NCBI RefSeq assembly: GCF_963921235.1
Contig: NC_086097.1
Span: forward strand, 48,920,001 to 48,984,000
DNA length: 64,000 bases
Reading direction: 5' to 3'
From: Mobula hypostoma
Taxonomy: Eukaryota
The notes under the pieces were generated by a model. The model saw only the letters and a list, made by a program, of their open reading frames with translations, searched no databases and was not told the DNA's origin. Below, piece after piece: positions 1 to 12,458 of the stretch (its first letter is position 1; each line of letters opens with the position of its first letter). The position numbers and the translations under genes are program-made.

Positions 1-100
1 AAACCGGAGGAGAGCCACCCTGGCGAAACTTCAAACTCCACAGAGAGTGTATCAAGGGTCAGAATTGCACTCAGGTCTCCGCACCCATGAGACAGCAGAA
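1..100 (-). mobile_element. V-SINE/HE1-like fragment cut by the window edge
   Basis: Reverse complement resembles the V-domain (GGAGTTTG...CAGGGTGGCTCTCCTCCGGTTT). Confidence 0.5.
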
Positions 101-227
101 CCAATGTGTACTCAGTATCAGACTCCAATCAAGCAAAGTGCTCCAGAGCACTTTACAGCCACATATTAAAATGTAGATGTGTGCATGGCACTTGGTCATC
201 ACTCGCAAGGCCTTGCTTGTCATCCAC

Positions 228-325
228 TGTTCATCTCCATAGATGCTGCCTGACCTGCTGAGTTCCTCCAACGTTTTGTGTGTGTTCCTTTGGATCTCCA
301 GCATCTGCAAAGTCTTTTGTTTATG
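228..325 (+). mobile_element. Penelope-like pLTR 3' fragment
   Basis: AGATGCTGCCTGACCTGCTGAGTTCCTCCA...CCAGCATCTGCA matches the ends of the longer Penelope-like copies in this window (e.g. 48350-48435). Confidence 0.75.
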
Positions 326-1103
326 AAAGAAGAAAGGCAGTGTGGGAAGTAAGGAAGAAGAGATGGAATTCTAAAATATGGTGATTAAGGAAGAGGCTAA
401 AAAATTTTCTCTCATATAGTAGATTGAATAATATTCCAAGAGCTTTGCAGATACCATAAGAGTATAGCCACTATTATGTTATGTGGCCACAGAAAGCTCC
501 TAGAAACAGCAACGCAATAAATAATCAAGCCATCTATTCTAATTCAGAAGATTACAGACAGTAGAAATTTGAAATTCAAGTAAAAAGTGCTGGAAACACA
601 CAGCAGAATCTGTGGAAAGAAGAACAGCATGAATGTTTTCAGGTAGAGGTTTTGTTAGTGTCTTTAACCTGAAGCATTAACACCTCCTTCTGAGATGCTT
701 CCTGGCCTGCGAAGGTTTTCCAGGATTTTTGGTTTTAAATTTACTGATGTTGGTCAGGGACATAGGATTGAGTGTAAACAATTCATCCACTCCACTCAAT
801 CTACCATTCAATTAGTCAATTGTTGACCTGTATCCAATTCAATCCATGGGAACTGGTTCCACATACTTCAATGACTTGTCTAGCAAGAATCCATCCTTAG
901 ATTTAAAATTATGACCTGAATTATCTCTTAGTTTTTCTCATAGGTGCTAGTCCACCACTCAACTACCCTCAGAATGGAGAAGTGTTTCCCAACTTTGCTT
1001 CTGAAAGACTGGCAATGAGTTTAAGATTACGTACTTGTTTCTTATGCCAGCCAACCTAAGTCTGGTCTCTGTAAGCTTCTCATAATGTAACATTTAGAGG
1101 GGC

Positions 1104-1385
1104 ACCATGGTACCGTAGTGGTTAGCACAACGCTATTACAGCTTGGGGGCATCAGAATTTAGAGTTCTTACGTCTGTAAGGAGTTTGTATCCTCTCCTCG
1201 TGATCGCAAGGGTTTCCTCCTGGTGCTCCAGTTTTCTCCCACAGTCCAAAGATGTACAGTTAGTAGGTTAATTGGTCATTGTAAATTGTCCTGTGATTAA
1301 ACTGGGTTTAAATAGGTGGGTTGTTGGGTAGCATGGTTTATTGGGCTGTAAGGGCCTGACCCGCACTGTATCTCTAAATAAAATG
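1104..1385 (+). mobile_element. tRNA-derived V-SINE (HE1-like)
   Basis: A-box-like GGTACCGTAGTGGTTAG head, V-domain GGAGTTTGTAT...GGTTTCCTCCTGGTGCTCCAGTTTTCTCCCACAGTCCAAAGA, tail GCACTGTATCTCTAAATAAAA. Confidence 0.85.
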
Positions 1386-1627
1386 AATGACTACAATAAT
1401 ATTTAGGTGGATCTGCGCTACATACAAATCTACTACAGCTGCTCCAAGAGCAGAGCACTACACTAGATGTATTCTTAACTAAACCTGCTAAAAGTTTTGC
1501 AGACTTCCATTTTCCAATATTCCAATATTCAACACCTTTACATTAGTTTTACTTTTCACTTTTTATATCTACCTGATGTATATTAGTGTTCTGTGTACAA
1601 TGGCCCAGGTTGTTTGGACCTGTTCTA

Positions 1628-2445
1628 ATAGATAGATAGATATACTTTATTAATCCCGAGGGAAATTTTGTTTCGTTACAGCCACACCAACCAAGAATAG
1701 AGCATAAATATAGCAATACAAAAACCACAAATAATCAAACAACAAAATGCAAACTATGCCAGATGGAAATTAAGTCCAGGACCAGTCAATTGGCTCAGGG
1801 TGTCTGACCCTCCACGGGAGGAGCTGCACGTTTGATGGCCACAGGCAGGAACGACCTCCCGTGCCGCCAAGTGTTGTATCACGGTGGAATGTGGCTGAAG
1901 TCCAACAGTAAAAAGTTCAATATCCAGTCTGCAAACACGTTCCTCAATCGCAATATGACCCGGATTGCACCATCTGTTGTTAACCAGATCAGTAAGCTCC
2001 CAACTCCTTTATGCTTACCGCTCTCAGTGCACTTCCGGTCAGCTGGAACGGTATTACCCACCGAACTCCCCTTCTCCATAAGTCTCTGTTGTCTCGACTG
2101 GTTCTCTTTCCTCGACTTTGTGATTCCCCTCTGCATCCTCTGTGTGTTTTCCTCCAAATTTCAGCAGGGGTGTCCGCCACTCTGCTCGCTAAACCGGCCA
2201 GCATTAGCTGGTCCCTGGTATACACAATGCAACCTTGTTTCTGTCCTGCGTGTCGGGATGTAACCATTTCCAGCGCTAAAAAATACAAATAAAACTCTCT
2301 CTACCAGCATGTTAGAGAGGGTGCAGCTTCGACGTGTTACCATGAGAAAAAAAATACAAAAAATCACATAAGTTAAAAAGTAAGAAGAAAGTAAGAATAG
2401 ATCGGAACGGCTGTACCAGGCTACATGCATGACTGGCGCATGCAC
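1628..2445 (-). mobile_element. Internally deleted non-autonomous Rex1/Babar-type LINE derivative
   Basis: Minus strand: N-terminal remnant (CIVYTRDQL...RKTHRGCRG), endonuclease remnant (VNNRWCNPGHIAIEERVC), then 3' end closely similar to 43460-43580 and an AATAAAGTA+(TCTA)n tail. Confidence 0.8.
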
Positions 2446-2544
2446 ATGTTTCTGTTTTCTTGGATTTATACCTTTTTTGTCCTGATGACCTGTTTTAAAT
2501 TCCATCTGTACATGTTTGCTCATCACTGATTTCACCTTTCATTC

Positions 2545-2715
2545 ATATGACATAGGCGATCATGGTCTTTCCATGAAAATGACTGCTCTTGGCTAATTCT
2601 TCCGCAGAAGTGGCTTGCCATTGCCTTCTTCTGGGCAGTGTCTTTGCAAGATGAGTGACCCCAGCCATTGTCAATACTCTTCAGAAATTGTCTGTCTGAT
2701 GTCGGTGGTCACACA
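2545..2715 (-). mobile_element. RTE-related SINE/LINE fragment
   Basis: Minus strand CCAGAAGAAGGCAATGGCAAGCCACTTC...GAAAGACCATGATCGCC resembles the RTE-derived motif of Bov-A/Sauria-type SINEs. Confidence 0.55.
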
Positions 2716-2719
2716 GCCA

Positions 2720-2902
2720 GGAAGGAGTTTGTATATTACCCCATGGAAAGTGTGGGTTTCTTCCTACAGTCCAAAGGTCGTTGTAAATTGTCCCATGATT
2801 AGGCTAGGGCTAAATCAATGGGTTGCTGGGTGGCATGGCTCAAAGGGCCGGAAGGGGCTGTTCCACTCTGTATCTCTAAATAAAATAAATAAATAAATAA
2901 AA
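2720..2902 (+). mobile_element. 5'-truncated V-SINE
   Basis: V-domain remnant and tail ACTCTGTATCTCT(AAAT)n. Confidence 0.75.
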
Positions 2903-2959
2903 CCCATTGCATGTAAGTCAATACGAAATATACCGTATGGTTGAGGCTTCAGCTCCTAC

Positions 2960-4756
2960 CCTTGTAGGACAGAAACAGGTGAATTGATTATGGGGAGCAA
3001 GGACATGGCAGACCAATTGAATAATTACTTTGGTTCTGTCTTCACTAAGGAGGACATAAATAATCTTCCAGAAATAGTAAGGGACAGAGGGTCCAGTGAG
3101 ATGGAGGAACTGAGCGAAATACATGTTAGTAGGGAAGTGGTGTTAGGTAAATTGAAGGGATTGAAGGCAGATAAATCCCCAGGGCCAGATGGTCTGCATC
3201 CCAGAGTGCTTAAGGAAGTAGCCCAAGAAATAGTGGATGCATTAGTGATAATTTTTCAAAACTCGTTAGATTCTGGACTAGTTCCTGAGGATTGGAGGGT
3301 GGCTAATGTAACCCCACTTTTTAAAAAAGGAGGGAGAGAGAAACCGGGGAATTATAGGCCGGTTAGCCTAACGTCGGTGGTGGGGAAACTGCTGGAGTCA
3401 GTTATCAAGGATGTGATAACAGCACATTTGGAAAGCGGTGAAATGATTGGACAAAGTCAGCATGGATTTGTGAAAGGAAAATCATGTCTGACGAATCTCA
3501 TAGAATTTTTTGAGGATGTAACTAGTAGAGTGGATAGGGGAGAACCAGTGGATGTGGTATATTTGGATTTTCAAAAGGCTTTTGACAAGGTCCCACACAG
3601 GAGATTAGTGTGCAAACTTAAAGCACACGGTATTGGGGGTAAGGTATTGGTGTGGGTGGAGAATTGGTTAGCAGACAGGAAGCAAAGAGTGGGAATAAAC
3701 GGGACCTTTTCAGAATGGCAGGCGGTGACTAGTGGGGTACCACAAGGCTCAGTGCTGGGACCCCAGTTGTTTACAATATATATTAATGACTTGGATGAGG
3801 GAATTAAATGCAGCATCTCCAAGTTTGCGGATGACACGAAGCTGGGTGGCAGTTTTAGCAGTGAGGAGGATGCTAAGAGGATGCAGGGTGACTTGGATAG
3901 GTTGGGTGAGTGGGCAAACTCATGGCAGATGCAATTTAATGTGGATAAATGTGAAGTTATCCACTTTGGTGGCAAAAATAGGAAAACAGATTATTATCTG
4001 AATGGTGGCCGATTAGGAAAAGGGGAGGTGCAACGAGACCTGGGTGTCATTATACACCAGTCATTGAAAGTGGGCATGCAGGTACAGCAGGCGGTGAAAA
4101 AGGCGAACGGTATGCTGGCATTTATAGCGAGAGGATTCAAGTACAGGAGCAGGGAGGTACTACTGCAGTTGTACAAGGCCTTGGTGAGACCACACCTGGA
4201 GTATTGTGTGCAGTTTTGGTCCCCTAATCTGAGGAAAGACATCTTTGCCATAGAGGGAGTACAAAGAAGGTTCACCAGATTGATTCCTGGGATGGCAGGT
4301 CTTTCATATGAAGAAAGACTGGATGAACTGGGCTTGTACTCGTTGGAATTTAGAAGATTGAGGGGGGATCTGATTGAAACGTATAAGATCCTAAAGGGAT
4401 TGGACAGGCTGGATGCGGGAAGATTGTTCCCGATGTTGGGGAGGTCCAGAACGAGGGGTCACAGTTTGAGGATAGAGGGGAAGCCTTTTAGGACCGAGAT
4501 TAGGAAAAACTTCTTCACACAGAGAGTGGTGAATCTGTGGAATTCTCTGCCACAGCAAACTGTTGAGGCCAGTTCATTAGCTATGTTTAAAAGGAAGTTA
4601 GATATGGCCCTTGTGGCTACAGGGGTCAGGGGGTATGGAGAGAAGGCTGGGTTCTGAGTTGGATGATCAGCCATGATCATAATAAATGGCGGTGCAGGCT
4701 CGAAGGGCCGAATGGCCTACTCCTGCACCTATTTTCTATGTTTCTATGTTTCTATG
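2960..4756 (+). mobile_element. Young 5'-truncated CR1 LINE
   Basis: Open RT ORF, CR1 3'UTR hairpin region (GGCTCGAAGGGCCGAATGGCCTACTCCTGC) and (TTTCTATG)n tail. Confidence 0.95.
2984..4657 (+). CDS. CR1 ORF2 fragment: reverse transcriptase plus C-terminal domain, endonuclease missing
   Basis: 557 aa with KSPGPDG, NYRPVSLTS, YLDFQKAFDKV, GVPQGSVLGP, KFADDTK, HLEYCVQFWSP motifs. Confidence 0.9.
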   Translation: MIMGSKDMADQLNNYFGSVFTKEDINNLPEIVRDRGSSEMEELSEIHVSREVVLGKLKGLKADKSPGPDGLHPRVLKEVAQEIVDALVIIFQNSLDSGLVPEDWRVANVTPLFKKGGREKPGNYRPVSLTSVVGKLLESVIKDVITAHLESGEMIGQSQHGFVKGKSCLTNLIEFFEDVTSRVDRGEPVDVVYLDFQKAFDKVPHRRLVCKLKAHGIGGKVLVWVENWLADRKQRVGINGTFSEWQAVTSGVPQGSVLGPQLFTIYINDLDEGIKCSISKFADDTKLGGSFSSEEDAKRMQGDLDRLGEWANSWQMQFNVDKCEVIHFGGKNRKTDYYLNGGRLGKGEVQRDLGVIIHQSLKVGMQVQQAVKKANGMLAFIARGFKYRSREVLLQLYKALVRPHLEYCVQFWSPNLRKDIFAIEGVQRRFTRLIPGMAGLSYEERLDELGLYSLEFRRLRGDLIETYKILKGLDRLDAGRLFPMLGRSRTRGHSLRIEGKPFRTEIRKNFFTQRVVNLWNSLPQQTVEASSLAMFKRKLDMALVATGVRGYGEKAGF

Positions 4757-7700
4757 ACACATCATAACCATCATCTCTAATCTCTACCTTCTACCAAGCT
4801 AAGCTCTTAACCAAGTCAATAACCCACATCCATTGCATGAGTTCTAACTTTAACTTTTAGCTAAGTATGCAGAATTATATAATTTATATCCAGAGTCATT
4901 TCTTTGTTGCATTGATTGCTTTCCCCAAAATTCTAGACAGGTGCTTTTGGCAAAATGTATCTTTGACAATCCATGTTTTATAAATCATGACTAAAGCAGC
5001 TAAAATATTTAACCATTCTTTTAAAGCCTGCAATATCAGGTTTGAGGAAATGACAGTATTTTGTGTCATTATCATTTCTATTTGTTTTAACACATTAGTG
5101 AGTCCCAGTCCTTCCTTCATTTTTAATTTTCCTGGAATATTAAATGCATAATTCTCTTCCTTAACGGTGAAAACTGACTGAACGTAATTCAGGGAGGGAC
5201 TCCAGCAGATCATGAGTCATGGCTGACAGGTCTCAGTGAAGATTTCCATTGACAGATAGTCAGCAAGCTCCAATATCTTTAAATTTCATTCGCAATACCC
5301 TATGTATTTTTAAAGTATCTACCATTATCCTTGAAATCTACTTTTCTTCAAAGGTAACTGTAAAAACATTCCTTTTTAATCTTGATGTACCTCCCAAATT
5401 CCTTTTCAATTCTATTTCCTATTGCTTTTCCTACCTGTCTTCTTTCTTTATACATTTCCTGTCAAGTGGATCACCTCTCTCTTTGGGGTTTCAGCATGGT
5501 CCATATAAGCCCACTGTTTGTTAACTGCAGTCCTATTTGTTTGGATCAACCTGGCTGGATGTGAAATCTGTCTCAATGACCCTCCATGCCATGAGTTGAA
5601 GGCCAGGGTCTTAGCATTGACTAGTTCACACGCAGTGTAGTGCAGAGGCTCCACTCTCAGAATAGCCTTTGACAGAGACAAAGTTTTGGGACAGAGGTTT
5701 GCTTCCTATCATATTTTCGTCTGACTCCCTGTTTAATTTGCAGAATAAACTTCAAACAGTCTATAGCTCTGCTGTGTGCATTACAGAAAAAATGTGGAAA
5801 TGTTAGAGGTGCAATTCTTAAAAAAACTTAAAAAAAAATTTATACCTAACTAATAGTGGTGTTTTGGCTCCTATTGAGAAACCACTACACTCCTTCCACC
5901 GCCATCATTCTCAGGTGAGTCTTGGGTATATAGTGGGGCAACATATGGTATTAAAAGCCCTGAACATGAGGCTGATTCACTTCCTATCCCATCTGGAACA
6001 GAAGTGATGTCCCAAAATCTGGTCTGATTCAGCCCTGGCTCAGCTAATGTCCCTCAATGAGCTGCCTCTCTGAAACCTCCACATTGAGACCACTGCACCC
6101 ATCATTTCCTGCTGTCTGATGTTCCTGACTCTAATCCAACTCAACACACGCCCATCTCTCTGTAGGCCAATGGATTGCGGTAGTGGCTTATAAATGCAGA
6201 GTATGCAATTTCGCCAAAGTGCAATATTTAGGTAGGACCAATACTTTGATGTTGATAACCTAAACTGTTCATAAGACGGAGATGTCCAAAAACAGTGTGT
6301 GGAAGAGAGTCACAGAAACAGATATATGGGAGGGTGAACAGGCACAGGAAAGGTAGTTGACTGCCAGCCTCACTGACTCAATAAGTTTATGAGGAAGTGC
6401 GCTCAGCACTCCCAGCTCTGCTCAACCCGACCCAGCCCCAATTGTTGCAGCTTGATTGGTTGGATGAGTGAGGAGGGGAGGGCAATGGCAAGAAGGAATG
6501 CAGATATGTCCTAGCCTCCGACTACTATGGGGCTCTGAAACCCTTGTTGATATCTACAGGTTGTCCACAAGCCGGGCACTCATAAACTGGGGAGGATATG
6601 TACTTGGAAATATTAAAAATATCAGAGTAAAATTACCCAAACGACAGTCTCATAGCTGTGCAGTGTCCTCCTCTGTACGACGCTGAACTGAAGGTAGCCC
6701 AAGGCACTGATGTCATTTCCTTTAAATAGAAAGTTATCTTTGACAAAGAAAACCTAAGATGATTCATATCGTTATTGTGAATCATAAATGAAAAGCAGAT
6801 GGGTTAGTTGTTTCTCACTTTGTGGTGCTACAGAATAGCTTGAAAATACTGAAGTTTTTGAATTGAGTTTGTTCGTGAGAGGTTAACATTACATGAAATC
6901 GATGGCTCAAAAAATAAGGTTACCACTCTAATCCACTGATGAAAGGTCAGAGACTGGTGGAAAGAAAATCATTGTACTCATACTACGGAGATGTGGTGAG
7001 TCAAATGTCTCATATTGTGATGGATACATTATTGAAATACATAATAATGTGCATTAAATAACAATTAAAGAAATAGTTAAGTCCCTATACACTTCAATTT
7101 CTCTTAAAATCAGATCTACATTTTTGTAATGTGCTTTTAATGCATAAGACACAATTTACTTGTTAAAACACAATTCAAATAAAGGAGCCCCACCCAGCCC
7201 TAGTCTCTCCTTAAGTGCCCCTTCAGCTGTGCCTCCAAAATAACCCAAGGCATAGTTTCAATCCAGTATATTGCTTATGTCCTTCAAATGACATGAATCA
7301 ATCCAACATCTGCATGGAATAACTGACAGACAAATCTAACTGTTGAATTATGCTATTGTTAATTACTTTGGCATTTAATTAAGGGAAACTATTTAATGAT
7401 TCAATTTATTTTTCACAAGGAAAAAAAGGAGTTGTTCTTTTGGTTGTTGCATCCATTAAAGCTAAGGAATGAGGAGAAAGTATTTCAGTTAAAGTTGTCA
7501 GGGATGTAATAAGTACCATTTCTGGTATTCTTTCACCCTTTCAGCCAACCTAGTTCAAGCAAGGCTTGATCTCAAGATAATTCCACAATAATCTCCATCA
7601 TTTCAGCAAAAAAGTGAACATTTTTATTGCAGCAATAAAAACAGTGAAGTGATCTTTTGATGCAGTTTTATTAGATTCATTTTATTTCTTATTGACTGAG

Positions 7701-9351
7701 CATGACATACCAAAACCAGAATTTATGAAGCAAAAATTAATGTGAGAAGCCTATGATCCTTAACGCAGTTGTGAAAAATATTGAGTTGGTGTTCATTACA
7801 ATCTACACCTTCATCAATCTTAAGATACAACACAGGAAATTTAAAATGTTCTGTTTTGTACATGTAACAGTTACTGACTGCAGGTGACACTGGACTGAAA
7901 CATCAGCAGTGTCTCATTGTCTTAATGTGCCATGAACTTCCAAAATGATTTAAAAATCAATGTGTATACTTTAAAGATTTTATTATTTGCAGCTCAATAA
8001 TTAAAATTTTGAATCATTTTGTATTTAATGGAGAGTTATGGGAATTCCTTCTTAAGCTTCAGGATAATTAATTTCTCTAAGACATTCTCTTGTTCAGCAG
8101 CTTATTGCAATTGTATATGCCACTGATTTGCATTATATTTATTTCCTTGTGCATCAGTTTTGTCAAATGGCACGCATGCCTCCTGTATTTTTCAAGGCTG
8201 CCAGCAACATGTATTCCTAATAGAATCTCAGGAAGAATATATAGAATCCTGCAAACATATCTTATGCTACTATGCTGAAGCACACATCTTTGTTTGGAAT
8301 AAACAGACAACATCAAAGTGTCCTTTGTTCCTGTTTCATGCTCAGATGCTGACAATTTCTATTAAATAAATAAATAAATAATGCATCACGGCTTTTATCA
8401 TTAAATCTGCAGCAATTGTAGTACATCAAGAGCAGTTTTGCAGAATGTTACAGTACACTTGTCTCTTCAAGACCCAGATGTTGAGTAAGATAAAAAGAAA
8501 AATAACTCCATATGAAATAAAACAGAATTCTATTACTTCTATCACATTACTCTTCAGTTCTACATCACACACTTCCATTGTTTTCTCAGGATTCACAAAA
8601 ATGATTATTTTGCTTGACGCTTTGCTTCATTTTGCCCCTGTACTTTAAAGTGTTCTTTTACTTTGACAATTGCTGCACCACTTGTCCATTCACCACAACA
8701 GCATTCGTGACTTTTCTGGCACTCCCAAACACTTTGATCACCTCACTATCTCTTGGACTAATTATTTTCCATCCTCGCGGATGGCTATTCAGAGGTTGTA
8801 ACATTGTGTGTAGCTGGACCACCACATACTACTGTAGAAAGAACATTGTGAAGTTCAGTGACAGAGCCAGAGTGAGTTAGGGAGGAGATTACATAATGAC
8901 ACCACCCTTGCCGACAGCCAGCTCCACACCCTTCAGTTGTTTTGAATATTGACAATGCATCGTGGGAGGGTTGCCTCCATTTTACTTCTTGTTTTGCCCT
9001 CAGACTGAGTCTCGGTCATTGAACCACGTTGACCAGCATTCTACACTTCATTGATTGGGCTCCTTCCCGACATGTTGTCTTAATTCTGGAGCAGGCTCCA
9101 TTCAGACTCATCCCTCCAACAGCAATCAGTCTAATCAAGTTCTACCAGAGATTACATTTCTGCAGAGAAGGCCGACAATTTGATTCCTAGTATCCATATT
9201 AGATACTTCAGAATTTGAGCTTGAGTCTGTGTGGTGACAGATGCATTCTTTCAGTGTCTCAGTAGATTGATCCATGTGCAATATAGGTGAAACTCTGGCA
9301 AATAGAAATGAATGTGGGGGAACTGTGAGGTCATATAGTCCAGCAAGGGAA

Positions 9352-10990
9352 ATCAAAGCAGCACACACACAAAAGCTGGAGGAACTCAGCAGGCCAGGTG
9401 GCATGTATGGAAAAGAGTAAACAGCTGAGGTTTCAGGCCGAGACCATTCATCAGGACTGGAAAAAGAGATGAGGCCAGAGCAAGAAGGTGGGGGGTGGAA
9501 TACATACAAGGTGGTAGGTGATAGGTGAGGGGGACGGGTGAAGTAAAGAGCTGGGAGGTTGATTGGAGAAAGAGATACAGGGGTAATCTGATAGGAAAAG
9601 GTAGAAGATCCTGGAAGAAAGGAAAGGGGGAGGAGCACCAGAGGGAGGTGATGGGCAGTTAAGGGTGAGAGAAGGAAACGGGAATGGGAATGGTGAAGTG
9701 GGGGGGAGGTAATTACTAAAAGGTCAATAAATCAATGTTTACGGCATTAGGTTGGAGGCTACCCAGGTGGAATATAAGGCGTTGTTCCTCCAACTGGAAG
9801 GAGGCCTCATTGCAGCAGTAAAGGAGGCCGTGTACCGACATGTCGGAATGGGAATGGGAAGTAGAACTGAAATAGGTGACCACCGGGAGATCCCACTATT
9901 TCTGGCAGATGGAGTGTAGGTACTCGGCGAAGCAGTCTCCCAATCTACATTGGGTCTCACTGATATACAGGAGGCCATACCAGGAGCATCGGATACAGTA
10001 GATAGCCCCAACAGACTCACAGGTGAAGAGTCACCTCACCTGGAAGGACTGTTTGGGGCCCTGAATGGTAGTGAGGGGGGAGGTGTAGGGACAGGTGTAG
10101 CACGTGTTCTGCTTGCAAGGATAAGTGCCAAGAGGGAGATCAGTGGGGAGGGATGAATGGACAAGGGAGTCATGTAAGGAATGATCCCTGTGGAAAGTGT
10201 GGGGGTGTGGGGAACAGAAAGATGTGCTTGGTGGTGGGATCCTGTTGGAGATAGTGGAAGTTATGGAGAATTACGTGCTGGGCACAGAGGCTAGTGGGGT
10301 GTAGATGAGGCCTAGGAACCCTATCCCTGGTGTGGCAGCAGGAGGATGGTGTAAGGGTAGATATGTGCAAAATGGAAGAGATGCGGGTGAGGGCAGCATT
10401 GATGGTGGAGGAAGGAAAGTCCCTTTCTTTGAAGGAGGCCATCTCGTCAGTTCTGGAATGAAAAACCTCCTCCTGAGAGCTGATGCAGTGGAGACAGAGG
10501 AACTGAGAGAAGGGGGTGGCATTCTTACAGTGACAGGGTGGGAAGAGGTATAGTCCAGGCAGCTGTGAGAATCAGTGTGTTTATAAAAGATAACAGGAGG
10601 TAATCTTTCTGCAGAGATAGAGACAGAGAGATTGAGAAAGGGGAGTGAGGTATCAGAAATGGACCAGGTAAATTTGAGGGCAGGGTGAAGTTGGAGGGAA
10701 AGTTGATGAAGTTGATGAGCTCAGCGTGGGTGCAAGAACCAGCACCAAGGCAGTCACCAATGTAGAGTATCAAAGTTGGAGAGTGATACTGGTGTAGGCG
10801 TGGAACATAGACTGTTCTATGTAGCTGACAAAAAGTGCAGACATAGCTGGGACCCATGCAAATGCCCATGGATACACCTTTTGTTTGAAGGAAAATTATT
10901 GAGAGTGAGGATCAGTTCTGCCAGATGGAGGAGAATGGTGGTGGAGGGGAACAGGTTGGGTCGGTTGTCCAGAAAAAAGAGGAGAGCTTT
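9352..10990 (-). mobile_element. Degenerate Penelope-like element (RT C-terminus, GIY-YIG endonuclease, pLTR)
   Basis: Frameshifted fragments such as MG..MGPSY, FKERDFPSSTINAAL and the region homologous to the GIY-YIG ORF at 55753-56046; colinear with 46886-48438. Confidence 0.9.
9423..9459 (-). ncRNA. Degenerate hammerhead ribozyme motif in pLTR
   Basis: Minus strand CAGTC-CTGATGA-ATGGTCTCGGCCT-GAAA-CCTC-AGCTG. Confidence 0.55.
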
Positions 10991-11390
10991 CTTGGAGTTT
11001 AGAAGAATAAGGGGTGACCAAAAATGAAGGATCCTAAGGGAGCTTGACAGGGTAGACGTTGCGATGTTTCCACTAATGGGAAAAATAGGAACCCAGGACA
11101 TAGCCATTAAATATGGGGTCAGTCTTTTAACAATGGGATGCATAGAAATTTCATCCTTCAGAGCACGGTGAATCTGTGGCATGTAGAAGTTTCATCTGTG
11201 GAATTCACTGTTCCCAGGAATGGTGGGGACCAGATTATTAGGTCTATTTAAGGTGGAGTTAGAAAGAACAAGAAAATGAGGGTTATGAGTAACTGGTACC
11301 GAAGAGGTGTTGAGGCCGGCACAGATGAAAACTGAATATTGGGGGAATGTTTGAGGAGACTGTCTCCTGCTCGTTTCCTCGTGTACTTAC
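10991..11390 (+). mobile_element. Degenerate CR1 3' end
   Basis: TTGGAGTTTAGAAGAATAAGGGG and GTGAATCTGTGG match the CR1 at 4340-4750. Confidence 0.75.
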
Positions 11391-11741
11391 TTCATGATCC
11401 TTCAGAACTTAATAAATATCTCTCTGAAAGATACTGGAAAATAGTCAGTAATTCAAACCTAATAACGATCTGCTCTACTTAATAACAACAAAATAACATC
11501 TTTCAGAACATCATGTCTTGCTTCTTTCTCCAAGGAGGCAGACACTGGCATTTTTGACAATAAATATTGTTGCAACACAAGGGACAGTTAGTCACATGCA
11601 CTGTTCCCTCCAAGCTGCACGGGTGCACAGCCGACCAGTAACTGAAATGCTCCCGCACAGATAGCCTTTGCTGCCACACAGCTAGAAATTTCTTTTATAT
11701 AATATTACTTAAAGTGCCACGTTGTTTTCAAGCTTTTAAAT

Positions 11742-12198
11742 GTAGCAGGTTCCCCTCTCCACGCAGCTAATGAATCCAAAGGAACAGCAGAGACCAATGT
11801 AATTTGATGGTGCTGCAGGAGTTGCTAGTCAGTATTGAATTCCACATAGGGCTGCCTTAAATACTCAGCTCCTGATTTTTCCTTGGGATTTATTCCCGAA
11901 GCCTTCTCCTGAATGGATATAGGCACAAGGCAGTGGAGGTTTGAGATCAGAGTTTTCATTCTCCTAGATGAGATGCCAACCACAGCTGATGAGCCCCATC
12001 TGGTTTTAAGGCGCCAGCAACCCAACTTGCCCCTTCTCCTGTCAGTAGAAATGGTTCCACCGGGTTTAGTAGCTAAGCCACACGTGAAGACCAGGAGCTG
12101 GAATTAGTTGTCACAGGCTATTTGAGACACACACCATTCAGAGTATTTAATAGCGAACTTATCCACACCTCCTCCCCTCCCGGCTATGACATCCTTAA
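11742..12198 (-). mobile_element. LINE 5'UTR-like fragment (tentatively Ingi/Vingi- or RTE-type)
   Basis: Shares ordered motifs with 31612-32025 (CCACTGCCTTGTG, AAATC.GGAG, AAGGC, CTCCT.CAGC, GTTCCTTT.GA, GAGAGGGG); family assignment is from recall only. Confidence 0.45.
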
Positions 12199-12458
12199 GG
12201 TACCTGTTCAACCTGTTCTTTACTTGGTGTAGAGCTTAAAGCCCAGGACAGGTCAGATCTGACTGTCCTCTGAATGGTGAAACAGAAACAAATTAATTCA
12301 GGGAAGTGACTGCGCTGACAACATCACCAATTAAAAATGGTTAGGGTGGTTCTTCAACAAGAAAGTAAATTGAAGATATATGCTGCAAACTATACCTTGT
12401 TTTTAAATGGTCATTCAAATAGCCAGAAGATCTTTCCCAGTTCGGTAGAGTTTGAGTA

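Noticed and set aside
3571..4680. Antisense and alternative-frame ORFs over the CR1
   Set aside because: Shadow frames of the RT ORF
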